From: Octopus bimaculoides
Taxonomy: Eukaryota
DNA: 64,000 nt
Assembly (NCBI RefSeq): GCF_001194135.2
Contig: NC_068983.1
Coordinates: 159,898,777 to 159,962,776 of the forward strand
Direction: 5' to 3'
The notes under the pieces are model-generated. The model made no database searches. It saw only the letters and a list, made by a program, of their open reading frames with translations, and had not been told where the DNA came from. Position numbers and translations under genes: made by a program. Shown one piece after another: positions 11,771 through 25,150 of the stretch (position 1 is the first letter of the stretch; every line of letters begins with the position of its first letter).

Positions 11771-12354
11771 GGTCCCATTTCATATTGTGTGTAAACGGTA
11801 TAGTCCTTACTATGCTGCTTGACTGTCACGTGTGCTGTCAAACGACTGTCACTACTTCTCTTGACTTTCCAAACAACATCATGATATACAATGGCCCGCT
11901 AGTGTGCAGGTTTGCAGCTACATACTTCCAGTCTGTTAAACCTATATGTGTCACTATTCCTCCATGGCCATTGAACTTTCACGAAGGAGAAATATTTTTT
12001 CTTATGGTAATCATTTATTTCCAAGGTAACATTGCGTAAGATTATTTCGAGTGCGTAGGCTTGCACAACACCAAATCTACATTTTTAATATGGTAAAACT
12101 TAACAATAGTACAATTACAGGAGACGACTGGCATTTTTAACAACCTTAGGTCTCTTTCAGTTTTTCGTCTCGGCATGCTCTTCAGTATTATTGACTGGAT
12201 GCGCACTCCAGTTGACAATAAAGTTCGTCCGGAGACCTCGGTACTCTTAGCAATTATGCTGATCTGTTGAAATACCAGTAGTGTTGTTACTATCGCTAGA
12301 AAAGTATACGTACATACATACATACACAAAAGGGACAGAGACGCAAGAAAAGCA

Positions 12355-13050
12355 ATAAAATGTGATAACCAATGCAGACTTTGGGGAGTTAACACCGAAG
12401 ATATCACTCTCATCCTAAGCAGTTATCTGAAAATGTCATCCCGGGATTATTTACCGATGAGACATAATGTTGTAGCCAGGACACTGTATACTGTGATCAT
12501 GATTTGGGATAGAGAAGAGAAACTGTGTACAGCAGTGGAAATTAGCTGCCCAGCGGATGTTAACATAAAGCTGAAGATCAGCGAAAAATAAAATACCTAA
12601 GCTGTACTATTGAGAAATATACAGTTACTCTATCCAGGTTACAAGTTCAGTTTTATATCTGTAATTATGGGGGGATTGAAACATGTAACACACTGTCTAA
12701 ATGCCAATCTTAAGAAATTAGGCTTCTCAAAACCAGAAAAGAGAAAGCTGATTCGAAGACTACAAATCCAATCCATCACTGGAACTGTGAAAATGTGTAA
12801 AACTTTTCAAGAGTTTATCATTTAAGTATATATCAGCATATCAGGATATGCATGTATATATGCATGAGAATATATACATAAAACAAAACATAGAAATCTG
12901 CGCTTATACATACATGCAAAAATACCATTGATGTTGCTGACATTCCATTGAAGGAGCCTTGGATCTGGGTTAGAAACCGGTCCTTTCTCTATTGGCAAGA
13001 AATCTTGAAATAAAACTTAATAATGACATACATACACACATACATACATA
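12355..13050 (+). mobile_element. R4/Dong-like RLE LINE 3' fragment
   Basis: CCHC-knuckle remnant (QCRLWGVNTEDI), then IMIWDREEKLCTAVEISCPAD and LGFSKPEKRKLIRRLQIQSITGTVKMCKTF*; 3' UTR and (CATA)n tail. Confidence 0.8.
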
Positions 13051-13532
13051 CATCCATGCTTACATGTATGCATGCATAGAGGCAATAGGAAATGGAACTT
13101 AAAAGAACATTTTTAGATTATGAAATATCAGGTAAAACGCCTCTTAATATGCCTACGATAATCGTTATAAGCTTCTTATCTTTTGTGGGACAGAAGACAA
13201 ATTTTCTTTCTCCGATGAAAATCTAAAATGGACAGAAACTAATAAAATCTTTGCCATTTGTTTTTCTTATCGATAGAAGTTTAATTTTTATGACCATTTT
13301 TTTTTCTTCGGTAACGGGGTCAAAATTGAATGTTTATTTAAAAGCGTATATCTTTGATTACATTTTCTATAAATGCACGCGCACACACGCAGATATACAC
13401 AATCTTGCACATACACACGCCTATACTTATATAATGTTACTCTGAGTTTTGCGTTTTCGATTTTTCGAAGAACAAAAACGTAAATCTAGGAATAAAACAC
13501 GACGAAACACTTTCTTTTCTACAATTTATTCT

Positions 13533-13905
13533 CTTATTCTTTTACTTATTTCAGACATTTGACTGCGGCCATGCTGGAGCACCGCGTTCAGTCGAACAAA
13601 TGAACCCCAGGACTTACTCTTATTCCACTTGTCACTTTTGCCGAACCGCTAGGTTACAAGGACGTAAACACACCAACATCAGTTGTCAAGTGATGGAGGG
13701 GGACACACACAGACACACACACAAATATATACATATATACGAAAGGCTTCTTTCAGTTTCTGTCTACTAAATCCACTCACAATGCGTTGGTGAGCCCGAG
13801 GCTATAGTAGAAGACACTTGCCCAAGGGGGCACGCAGTGGGACTGAACCCAGAACCATGTCTTTGGGAAACAAGCTTCTTACCACACAGCCACGCCTGCA
13901 CCTAT
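13533..13905 (-). mobile_element. tRNA-derived SINE, family A
   Basis: Near full-length match to the other family A copies. Confidence 0.9.
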
Positions 13906-14320
13906 GACATTTCTTTTTTGTACTTTAATGCACATAAGCGCGCACACATACACGCACATACATTCACACACAATATCTCACACACAAACACACACACATA
14001 CACATATAGTCGTACTTATACATGTGTGCATGCTCAAGTTGATATGAATGCATATGTATATCAATGAATATAGATATATATCATCTAGCGTGTATATATA
14101 AGAAAGCATTAAAACTTGCTGTTAAAAGTGACATGCAACTATTTTTAATGTGTTTGTCGCATTTTTCAATAAATCAAACAAGAAATTTTTATTACAATTT
14201 TCGTCGAACTAAATTCCCATTTGATAGAAACAATAAATCAGTAGTGATCTCTTGTCTAAAGTTAGATTTTTTATATCTGTCTGCTTGTTTGGCTGCCTTT
14301 CTCTCACCGATTCTCTGTAA

Positions 14321-14366
<46 letters not shown>

Positions 14367-15179
14367 TTTTTATTCTATCTGTACCCTCAAAATAATGCCA
14401 GACATGTAAAAAATAAAAAATAAAAAGGAAACAAAGAAGGAAATTGAGAAGGAAAGGAAAGGCAAAGTAAATACACCTATGTGTATTAAATTATCGATTG
14501 TTCTCATTCACTAAGTTTCAGTTGATGCACAAGAATACCATTTTCTTGTTTTCGCAAAAGATGGATGTAAGATCAAATGATAGCAGACAGCCGGCCAGGC
14601 GATTGGATAAAATAAAATAAAAGGCTGTTCACCATATTGTCTCACTAAAACGCTAAGAAAAAAGACAGTAGAGAATAATGAAATGAAAGTGTTGTATAAA
14701 AGGAAATATGTACGAGACGAAAGATGTGTGGACAGGTTAAGCCGTGAAAGTGAGGTCGATGTTAGAAGTTCAACAACGGAATCTTAGTATTCTAAAATGA
14801 ATATTGATTAATGTGTATGCGAAACATTTTTTTTGCGTTCTAAAGAGACTCTAGAATTGTCTTTTTAAAATATAATCAATCTGATTCATATGAAGCACTT
14901 AAATATTTTTTGGGAAAAATTATTGTTTGCTTTAGAAAAATTTTAACGAAAATATATAAGAGGTATTTCGAGTTGACAATAAAGTAAAAAAAAAAGATAT
15001 GTTTTTCTCAAGTAAGTTGATTTTCATCAAATCAATCTTTATTTGAAGCTACGACAATAGTGTCTACAGACGTTGTTCACACACACATGCACGCACGCAC
15101 ACACAAACATCCAGATATATATATATATATATGTCCAAGATGGGTCTCACACGCACACAAACACGTATACACGCACACA

Positions 15180-15221
<42 letters not shown>

Positions 15222-15222
15222 T

Positions 15223-15299
<77 letters not shown>

Positions 15300-15302
<3 letters not shown>

Positions 15303-15690
15303 AAGATGCGTCTCAAACGTAATTTGTGACGCATCTTAGATATCAAATGGACCGACCACATCACCAGCACCGAAGTCCTCAACCGGGCCAAGATACCCAG
15401 CATACACATCTTGCTCCAGCAGCGTCGTTTGCGCTGGCTCGGCCATGTTCATCGCATGGCATACGGATGGATCTCAAGAGACCTCCTGTATGGAAAATTG
15501 GCCACCAGCACAAGAGCACGAGAACGAACTCTTCTTCGTTTCAAGGACGTCTGTAAGAGGGATATGAAGTCGCTTGATTTGGACATCCTGAGATAGGATG
15601 AGGTTACAAATGATTGTCCACACTAGAGACAAATATTGCGAAAGGGAATGAAGAGAGCTGAAGAAATCAGTAGTGCCGGTAGAGAGTTCC
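15300..15690 (+). mobile_element. RTE-clade LINE 3' fragment
   Basis: RILDIKWTDHITSTEVLNRAKIPSIHILLQQRRLRWLGHVHRM...DLLYGKL...RFKDVCKRDMK. Confidence 0.88.
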
Positions 15691-15840
15691 TTCAAATGTA
15701 GTCGCTGTATACGTGACTGCCACTCCCGTGAGGGCCTCTGCGGTCAGTACAGACGCTGCACCACCTTCAACAGCTGATTTCTTTGGGCGCAGATACATGG
15801 CCTCTCGAGGCCGACGGTTGGCTTCTACATATATACATAT

Positions 15841-16222
15841 AGGCGTGGATGTGTAGTAAGTAGATTGCTTACCAACCACATAGTTCCGGGTTCAGTCCTA
15901 CTACGTGGGACCTTCTAGTATAGCGTTGGGCCGACAAAAGTTTTTTGAGTGGATTTGGTAGACGGAAACTGAAAGAAGCCCGTCGTATATATATATATAT
16001 ATATNNNNNNNNNNTTTGTTGTTTGCATCTGTGTTTGTCTCCCCCATCGCTTGACAACCGATGTTGGTGTGTTTACATCACCGAAACTTAGCAGTTCGAC
16101 AAAAAGAGACCGATAGAATAAGTACTAGGCATACAAAGAATAAGTCACGGAGTCGATTTATTCGACTAAAGATGGTGTTCCAGCATGGCCGCAGTCAAAT
16201 GACTGAAACGAATAAAAGAATA
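15841..16222 (+). mobile_element. tRNA-derived SINE, family A
   Basis: Head GGCGTGGATGTGTAGTAAG...GGGTTCAGTCC; tail CAGTCAAATGACTGAAACGAATAAAAGAATA; spans a 10-N gap. Confidence 0.88.
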
Positions 16223-16225
16223 TAG

Positions 16226-16400
16226 CAGCATTTCGCCCATATATACGTGTTGGGTTCAAATTTCGCCGAGGACGGCTTTGCATATCATACTTTCGGAGTC
16301 AATAAAATAAATACCAGTTGAGTACTGAGATCGACGTAATCAAATTAACCTCCCCACTGAAATTGCTGGCCTTGTGCCAAAATTTGAAACCATTGTTACT
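16226..16400 (+). mobile_element. SINE family B, 5'-truncated
   Basis: GGGTTCAAATTTCGCCGAGG...ACCAGTTGAGTACTG...GATCGACGTAATC. Confidence 0.7.
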
Positions 16401-17436
16401 ATTATTAAGACAGCGAGATTTCAGAATCTTTAGTTCGTCAGACAATATTCTTAATGGCATTTTACAATCACAATTCAACGGGGTCGACTTTACCTTTCAT
16501 ACTTTCGGTTTCAATAAATTAAAGTACCAGTCATATACAAGGGTCAATGTAAACGACTACCTCCAATCGCTTCAAAAATATTTTAACTATGTTTTATAGC
16601 CAACATATGTATACATTAGAATGAAGTGTGTGCATTAATATGTTCAGTATAAATCGATATGCCGGTGAAATTTTAAACTTATTTGTTTTACTTTTAAACC
16701 ATGATGAGACGTTTTAATAATATACACTAGGAAACCTTCAGTAGTAATTAATTTAAATCATGCCAAGCCGTACGTGAAGAATGTCAGCCATGAAACCACT
16801 ATTTCATGTTCTTTAAGAAGTGATATCTTATAAAAATTCTCTCCTTTCTACTTAGGAACGTCTCGTTTAAGCATAATAACGTGTTTATTAAAAATAAACA
16901 TTAGCAAACAATATGCTCTCATTTATTTTTGCAGTTGCTTTGCATTGACGGATTGTTTTGATTTCTGCCACGTATGAAAAATAATGAAGAAATAAAAATC
17001 TAATATTTTCTATTGAAAATCAACAAGAATCAATGTATTGTTTTTGAAGTTTCTAAAAATATCTATAATAGAAATGTTGAATATTTTACATAATTTCCTA
17101 TTGTTTTAAAGATTAATCTAGAAAAACAGACAATTCTCAGTTAATTTGAAATTTGCAGATAGATTAGTGTGAAAATAAGACCGATAACAGTTTTATTTCA
17201 TTTCTGGATTAGCAAAGCTTCTTGCAGGAAATAATTAATTTAAGTACAGTCATTCAGTGAAAAAGGATTAGTGAATATTCAAGTAGTTGATGTAATCAGT
17301 GTGTAGAATAGCAGCTAACTTCAATCATGGATCGAAAACTGTTTAAGTATGATGCAGTCAGCTTCGGTCTTTTATTACAGTAAGGAAAATAAATATTTGA
17401 AAAGAATTTTCTGGTTATACATGCATACCTACGTAC

Positions 17437-17475
<39 letters not shown>

Positions 17476-17477
<2 letters not shown>

Positions 17478-17690
17478 GAGAATATACAAATAATAACAAC
17501 AGACGAGGACAGGTGGTGTAAATAACAAAAGTATATATTAGTATGACGCTCGGGAATACGGAAAGTCTTTGACGTTTCGAGCTACGCTCTTCAACAGAAA
17601 GAATACGGAGACAAGGAGAAAAACACGGAGAAAGAAAATTGAATAGTGTTCAGTCAACGGTCAATCATAATAATGGCCGATCATAACAAT
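17476..17690 (-). mobile_element. Penelope-like terminal fragment
   Basis: Reverse complement contains GAAGAGCGTAGCTCGAAACGTCAAAGACTTTC, similar to the end of the Penelope element at ~58670-58800. Confidence 0.6.
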
Positions 17691-17843
17691 GGCTGACATA
17701 CAGTTACACACACATCTATATCAAAATTTCCAGTTCTTTGCGCTGAGCAGCTAATTTCTTTCATCATTTAGGGTCAATAAACTAACCGGCCCACCTTGGA
17801 TCGATTCTTCTCCTTTCTTTCTTCCTTCCTTCCTTCCTTTTCT

Positions 17844-17876
<33 letters not shown>

Positions 17877-18789
17877 GTGCGATAGCTTGTCTAACTCACT
17901 TTCTGGAAGAAATCTACCATCGTCAGATATGGAGAGGCATGGGCATTTTCTAGAGTAAAAATGTTCATGATTACCCTCTGCCATCAGTCTTTACGTAGCA
18001 CTCCAGCCTGTAATGTCGAAATGCTACCAACAAATCACAGTGAGAGTCATGACTGTGGTTTCTAGAAATCCCCACTATCAAGAAAAACAACCCGCCAATT
18101 ACTTCTCGCCACACAACACAGACGTAACAGCCAATAACATCAAATGATGATTAATACAAAACATATGCTCCTTCATGAGACAAATATAATTCCGATTACT
18201 TGCTTTGTTTCATCTGGAGACTTCGAAATCAAAGTAGCAATTTACTTGACATCACATAGAGCATGCTTAACAAGACCATACCTTATGAAGCTTAGAGTTT
18301 GTGATTTCTGACTCTGCTTTGTGAGAGACTGGCCATACTACAACAATCTGGGATATGAGTGAAAAAAGAAACAATCTGTCGTATTGTTATCACAAGAAAT
18401 AAGTTCTGTTAGAGGACTTCAAGACATCGACCAATTTCAACCCAGAAATACCACTCCAGGCTAACTTGTCCATGCTCAGTTGCTGCGTATCTAATCCGAG
18501 CATTTAGGAAAATGATTATTGCTCACTATCACCACCCACCCAGAATCCACTCTTGCCCTACAATTTGATTTTAGCCTGACACTGCCTCTGTACGCGTTAA
18601 CTGTCGTTACTGAAATGTCACAATGTAGAGAAAGCGGAAATACGCGCGTTAACATCCATTTTACACTCTATTATAGACAGCAAAGCATGTAATGAAAGAA
18701 CTGATGTTATAAGATAGCTAAAACACAAATATGACCTGAAGCGACCTTTTGAGCCCTAAATATTCTCACCTGGAAGGCAGTCAACATTT

Positions 18790-19660
18790 GTTTCAAATTT
18801 TCCCCACTCGAAATCCGTATACTTGATGATCTGGGCATGCGCAGTGGTCACGAAGCTTCAAGCGATGCAGAACTGAGTTTACATGTTCTATACACATATG
18901 CACAATATCTGGAAACCACATATTGGATGTTACATAATCGTAAAGATTGTCTGACAACTATTCTTGGTTGACTAGGGCTTTGTCAGAAGGGGTTGAGTCT
19001 TTCAACGCATAATTCCTCAATCCAGGGCTTGATAACAGTTTCCAGTACCTCAATGTATCCAGCAACATTAATTCTAAGAACCCGTGGAAAAAAGTTGGGT
19101 GGGCGCATCGCATCCCCTTCCTTATTCACCACTCTTAAAACCATCACAGTTGCTGGAAATTGTGTGTGCATCACTCTGGATACTTCAGAAGGATCTGCAC
19201 ATAACTACCTGTCATTTCTTCTGTTAGACATTTGATCAAGGTCAAAGTTTTTTTCGTCAGAGAAAAGCCAAAGCATATCTTGTTCACGATGTACACCCAA
19301 AGTTCTTTAGCAATGGACCTCATTGATCATCTGGGGTTTTCATTGACAAAGTTTTGAACATGGATAAATTCCGGTGGCCTTTTACAGTCTGAACGATGTG
19401 AATGTTTTTTTCCCTTTTGATACAGTGAAGCATTCCTATCGAATAATTTCAATTCCAATCGAACTTTATGTACAAATGATCTTACAACATTTAGAAAGTT
19501 GCTAATTTCTAAATAACTGTGGTTTGCATGTATAACAACTAGGATTGCAGGTCTTTTTATATCTTGAAAGGGTTATCTGAAAAAAAAAGGATACATTAAA
19601 TAATTTAAAGGTGTAATGAACTAAAAACGAAGTGTCCTCAAACACCCCTCGCATCCTGTA
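18790..19660 (-). mobile_element. Tc1/mariner (maT/DD37D-like) transposon, internally deleted
   Basis: End reads TA-CAGGATGCGAGGGG on the minus strand; MLWLFSDEKNFDLDQ...FPATVMVLRVVNKEGDAM...YIEVLETVIKPWI; region after the second Asp missing; other TIR not found. Confidence 0.8.
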
Positions 19661-19663
19661 GAT

Positions 19664-19803
19664 ATAGTGTGGTAAGTAGCTTGCTTACCAACCACATGGT
19701 CCCGGGTTCAGTCCCACTGCGTGGCACCTTGGGCAAATGTCCTCTACTATAGGCTTATGTGTGGATTTGGTAGACGGAAACTGGAAGAAGCCCGTCGTAT
19801 ATG

Positions 19804-19899
<96 letters not shown>

Positions 19900-20114
19900 G
19901 TTGTGTGTCTGTTTGTCCCCCTAGCATCGCTTGACAACTGATGCTGGTGTGTTTACGTCACCGTAACTTAGCGGTTCGGCAAAAGAGTTCGATAGAATAA
20001 GTACTAGGCTTACAAAGAATAAGCTCTGGGGTCGATTTGCTCAACTATAAAGTCGGTGCTCCAGCATGGCCGCAGTCAAATGACTGAAACAAGTAAAAGA
20101 GTAAATGAGTAAAA
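19664..20114 (+). mobile_element. tRNA-derived SINE, family A, with expanded internal (TG)n
   Basis: Clear head, body and TAAAAGAG tail. Confidence 0.92.
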
Positions 20115-21619
20115 AATCATTGGAATATCTGCCGTCCAATCTCAGAGTTACTAACAATATATTTAATTGTCGAAAGTTAAACTACAGATAAATTCATGCA
20201 CAATTGCCTGAGTAAATTATATGATTGAACGTAAAATTAAACATATATTTTAGCTATTCTGAAGATACGATGCACAGAACGCAAATAATATAGGAAGGGT
20301 TTGGTATTCAGAACGCATAGTATTGTAGTCATAGCAGTGAGATTCTGCTTAATAAAATATAATCTACTTGTTAAATAATTCTCTTCCTATTGATATTTTT
20401 ACTACCCAAAAGAGAGAAGTCTTTATGAGATGGATAATGTCAATGGAATTAGTACATTCTAATTATATTATCTCGAAATAATTAAAGATAAACTCGACTG
20501 AATGACATCTGAGCTCTAAAGAGCAAGATACAAGACTAAAGTAGTTGTCTGATATGTAAATATTACGTAATTTGTGTATTTTAAGGCTAATAGTAACTTT
20601 TGAAATGTGAGTTCTCATAATGGAAGTTAAACTATCGACCAATAAATATCTATAACAATTATATAAAAGCGGTTTATAGCTTAGCGTTTTATACGATTAT
20701 CATTATGACTAGCATTCTAAATCAATGTATTACAACGTAGCAGCTAGGGATTATTTTAGCGATTGAACCATCTTAGAAAGTAATGTCAAATGACAGTGTA
20801 CCTGCAATAAAATGGTAAGGGATGTTTGTCATATGATCGGATATTCCTCAAGCTCACGAAAATACGAACGTCTTGAAATAATTCTATTATCCGAAATATT
20901 CAGCCAAAATTATCGGAGCAAGAGAGACACATCATTGTATTACAGTACGGAGGAATAAATTGGTAGATTTAATTTTTAAGTTACACAGAAATTTAAAATC
21001 ACTATATACTAAACAGCGAGATACAGAGACACTGATTGATGTTTATTTACAAATTGAAAGGTAGATTATAAAGGACTGCACAAACTTCCACACACGGCCC
21101 CACCACACATGCACACACGCACACACGCACAAGCGCATGAATATATATAAGATGCAAGAAGCGAAGCAGATGGAGGACATTGTGGCAAATGTTCTTATAA
21201 TCTAACTAAACTATAGTTGTAGACAGATATAAGATTACAAACTTTTCATTCTTATTTCTCATTCATATACACTGATGATTAAATATGTGTGTGTATGTAC
21301 GGTGAGAGACAGAAAGAAATTGACTGATATAGGTTGATATACAGTGGCGCCTGAAGAGGTTTTAGTTACCCCTCCAGCATTCTGCAATGTTTGGGCAACT
21401 GATATTATATGTCACTCTAAATGCCAAACTCTTATTAATGACAATTTGATAGTTTAATACTTGAAGACTAATTCCTTCATTACTTTTATGAATAAATATA
21501 TATTATTTACATGTAAACATAGAAACTCTTACTGTAAAAGACTGTTCTGCGTTAAATCTAAAATTAATGAGAGATTTTAATCAAAAAGTAGATATTCGCG
21601 ATTCTCTTTCTATTTAGAG

Positions 21620-22290
21620 TCTTTTCATACCTGCATAACGGTCTCACGTGTTACAGAGTAATTAGAGTCAATGAAAGGTCTCCTATGTACTTGCTCAAGC
21701 TGCTAGAGTTGTGTAGTAGGCTTAAACTATAATATCAACATTTGTCTCTTAGGTGCTTTTAGCACTGCCCATCTCGGTGAAAGAATTTCTCTCCAGATCT
21801 CCGCTGTGAGGATTACTTTCTCTCTACTTGCTTCTTGCATCGGAAACCATGTTAAATATCATGTCTGCCACTCTTCCTTCCCAAAGCAAATCTTATAAAA
21901 GGAAGCAAACATAATTTCCTCCATATATTACCCCTTACAGTCATGAGTAAGGAATCACAACCTCTACTGGTCAGTTTTGACAAGGTATTTTCACATACAT
22001 GATCAGGTTTCACTATGTATGTCTTCTTCTTGTTACTGAAGACTCATATTTTCTCGAGCATATAAATCACCCCATTTCACGTCATAGATATTTTCAAGTG
22101 CTTCTATTTTATGGCTGACATTGCATAGTTCTACAGTGTCATTGTTAGTATTGCTGTAAAAACGCCCAGGTTGGAACATATACCTCAAGGCATCTTGCGT
22201 CCTGCTTTAACAATGCTGCCAATCCGCAAGCCTTAGTTTGTGATTCTTTTATTAACCCCAAACGGATGAATATAAAGTTATCTATCGCAA
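21620..22290 (-). mobile_element. Decayed LINE C-terminal fragment (possibly RTE)
   Basis: Weak similarity of the minus-strand translation to RTE C-terminal regions. Confidence 0.3.
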
Positions 22291-22692
22291 GATTTGAACA
22301 CTGTGATTAGAGGTAGAACAAGTACAAGAGTCTTTTCAATCCGACATTCTGTATCTTTACATGAGAAAGAATACATTAAATAATGTAGTCGTAGATATCT
22401 CTGAAAAGTCGAGGAGGTAACTGATAAAATGCATCTAATAAATCATAAGTCTGCTTGATCTGGAATGTCTGAGAACATAACAATAACAACAACAATATTT
22501 AATGTATTAGGAGTGCGTTGTGAAATGTATAGTTAAGCTATGTTGTTCCTTAGTAAACTAGCTGAAAATTCTAAATCACATAATTTACTTACGACTGAGT
22601 TGAGCATCATGAATAGAATACTTTCGTGAATGGAATATTTGATTACTCAATTGTACTTAGAAAATTGCACTCTAATACGCTCTAATGTGCGT

Positions 22693-23061
22693 ATGCATGT
22701 ATGTATGTATGTATGTATGTATGTATGTATGTATGTATGTATGAGTTTGTCTGTCTGTATGTATGTATGCATGAGTGCATGCATGTGTGTGTATGTCTGT
22801 GTCTGTCTGTATGTATGTATGTCTGTATGTATGAATGTATGTATGCATGTACATGTATGTACGTATGTATACATGAACATATATTTGAATGAATGATTAA
22901 ATGCTCCTGTGCTTGTGATGNNNNNNNNNNGTACATGTATGTACGTATGTATACATGAACATATATTTGAATGAATGATTAAATGCTCCTGTGCTTGTGA
23001 TGTGCATGTGTGTGTGCGCGTGTATGTGTGTGTACGCGTGTGTTTATATGTACGTCTGTCC

Positions 23062-23093
<32 letters not shown>

Positions 23094-23155
23094 GCTTGTC
23101 CGTATGTATGTATGTATGTATGTATGTATGTATGTATGTATGTATGTATACATAT
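22693..23155. repeat. Compound (TATG)n/(TCTG)n/(TG)n microsatellite with 10-N gap
   Basis: Directly visible. Confidence 0.95.
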
Positions 23156-23619
23156 ATTAGCGAAAATGCAGCTTTCCGGTTGGAAATTTTGTCCGTTTAA
23201 TGTAAGGTCGTCAAATATATATATTAAAAAAAACCCCCAAAAATACCGAAGCAACCTCACATAATTTTTTATTTGCATAAGTAAGATTTAGCATGCGAAA
23301 ATTTATCGAGTCCAAACCTCACTCGATCTTTTGGAACCTAAGTACTACTGATATTTAGTGAATTGTTCTGTCTAAAATTTCACCATATTAAGTAGAATCA
23401 GAATTTTAGTGGATCGTTTCTCCCATTTTCGCTGGTATCCACAGGCTGTGTTCAATTTATCTTTTCTCCTTACTCTGATCAGCTTTCCATCTCAATATTG
23501 ATATGTACAACTACAAAATAGACATAAATATTTTGCCGTTCGCAAATTATAATTTGACGTTTTTTATTTAAGAAAAGCAAGAAGCCATTTAATGTAAGGG
23601 ATTCTGAAGGAGATATTAA

Positions 23620-24010
23620 GACGAAATGAATGAATCTACTTTACGCTTGAAAGAAGTCATGCCATAAGAAAGAGATACTCGATGAAATGGAAGAGAGCTC
23701 CGGAGTCTGGCAGTTCGAAGAAAACTAGCTACGCCAATAGAAAGACTTCCTTATTCGTAGACGAACAGAGTTGGATGAGAACGTAGTGAGTTCCGAGTCA
23801 GATGAGATGGCACAAAATGATTTGGAGCTAAGACAGAAAGTTCATCATTGCGCTTCTTATGACAATGACGATAGAAAAGATAAAGACTGGCGGTGTTGCG
23901 TCGATGTGACAAGGGTCTCAGGGTTGAAAACTGTTTTAAATAAATTAGGCTGGTGCATGATATATAAGAACTTATTTTCTTGAAAAATGGACTTAAGATC
24001 AGGAATCCAA
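23620..24010 (-). mobile_element. CR1/Jockey-group LINE 3' fragment
   Basis: LRPLSHRRNTASLYLFYRHCH...ELSVLAPNHF...SHP, followed by SFLRTARLRSSLP- and SFKRKVDSF-like text typical of these LINE C-termini. Confidence 0.7.
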
Positions 24011-24402
24011 TTCTCACTTCAGGTTCCATACATTGCATCTGGAGGGATATGGTTTTACTAATTACAAAACTGCTACTCACAACATAAAGAGTGGTTTAAT
24101 GTCAAAACATGTAAAAGTTTTAAAAGTGCTGAATTGTCAGTTACTCTCGCTGTTTGTCGTCCAATTTCTGAATACGTTAAATATAATTATCAACAATATC
24201 CAGCTTGTTTCTTCTCTATACGTCTACTTACATCGTATTTTGTTTATCGTAAGAACTAAAGGTCTTACAGGACGGATCAAATTAGCACACTAACCGAGTG
24301 GACCATAGTCACAAAAAATCCTTTCTGGGTTACTCTGATTCAAAATATGCCCTATTAGGAGCATTAGATCTCTGACGAGTTGAGTTTATAACCAGATAAA
24401 AT

Positions 24403-24810
24403 ATGTGTGTATGTCATTATTTAGTTTATTTGAAGATTTCTTGTCAATAGAGAAAGAACCGGTTTCTAACCTAGATCCAAAGCTCATTCATTGGAATTTC
24501 AACTTCAACAACAGGGTTTTTTGTATGTAAGTATGTATGTATGTATGTATGTTTTATATATGTATTCTCATGCATATAGTTGCATCTCAAGACATGCTGA
24601 CATATATTTAGATGATAGACTTCTGGAAAGTTTTACAGATGTTTACAGTTCCACTGATGGATTGGATCTGTAGTCTTTGAATTAGGTTCCTCTTTTCTGG
24701 TTTTGAGAAGCCTAATTTCTCAAGATTGGTATTTAAGCAGTGTGTTACATATTCCACGGCCAAAATAATTACAGGTATAAACCTGAACTTGCAGTTAGGA
24801 GTAACTGTAT
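24403..24810 (-). mobile_element. R4/Dong-like RLE LINE 3' fragment (same family as 12355-13050)
   Basis: KFRFIPVIILAVEYVTHCLNTNLEKLGFSKPEKRNLIQRLQIQSISGTVNICKTF*, plus a matching 3' UTR (GGATCT.GGTTAGAAACCGG). Confidence 0.85.
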
Positions 24811-24894
24811 GTATGTATGTATGTATGTATGTATGTATGTATGTATGTATGCATGTATGTATGTATTTATGCATGTATTTATGTAAAGGCACGT

Positions 24895-25150
24895 GAATTA
24901 ATGTTTAGTATATGTGCCTCACGATAGTAAGGTCGCCAGCTAAATTCCCGGTGACATATTTTATTACACATTACCCCAATCCACTCAGCCGGCAAAATTG
25001 AGTTGTACACGCAATTCAAAAAGAGCCAACTTTGTCAAATTTACTGTGTCACGTTGAATCTCCATGAGGACTATGTTAAGGGGACGCCTGCTTGTGGAGT
25101 GCTCAGTCACTTGCACGTTAATTACACGGGCATACATAATCGATAGAGTG
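24895..25150 (+). mobile_element. tRNA-derived SINE, family C
   Basis: Degenerate tRNA-like head, then core GTGGAGTGCTCAGTCACTTGCACGTTAATT shared with 63720-64000 and 29950-30280. Confidence 0.7.

Noticed and set aside
22849-23002. About 70 bp repeated on both sides of a 10-N gap
   Set aside because: Typical unmerged contig overlap; probably an assembly artefact rather than a real duplication.
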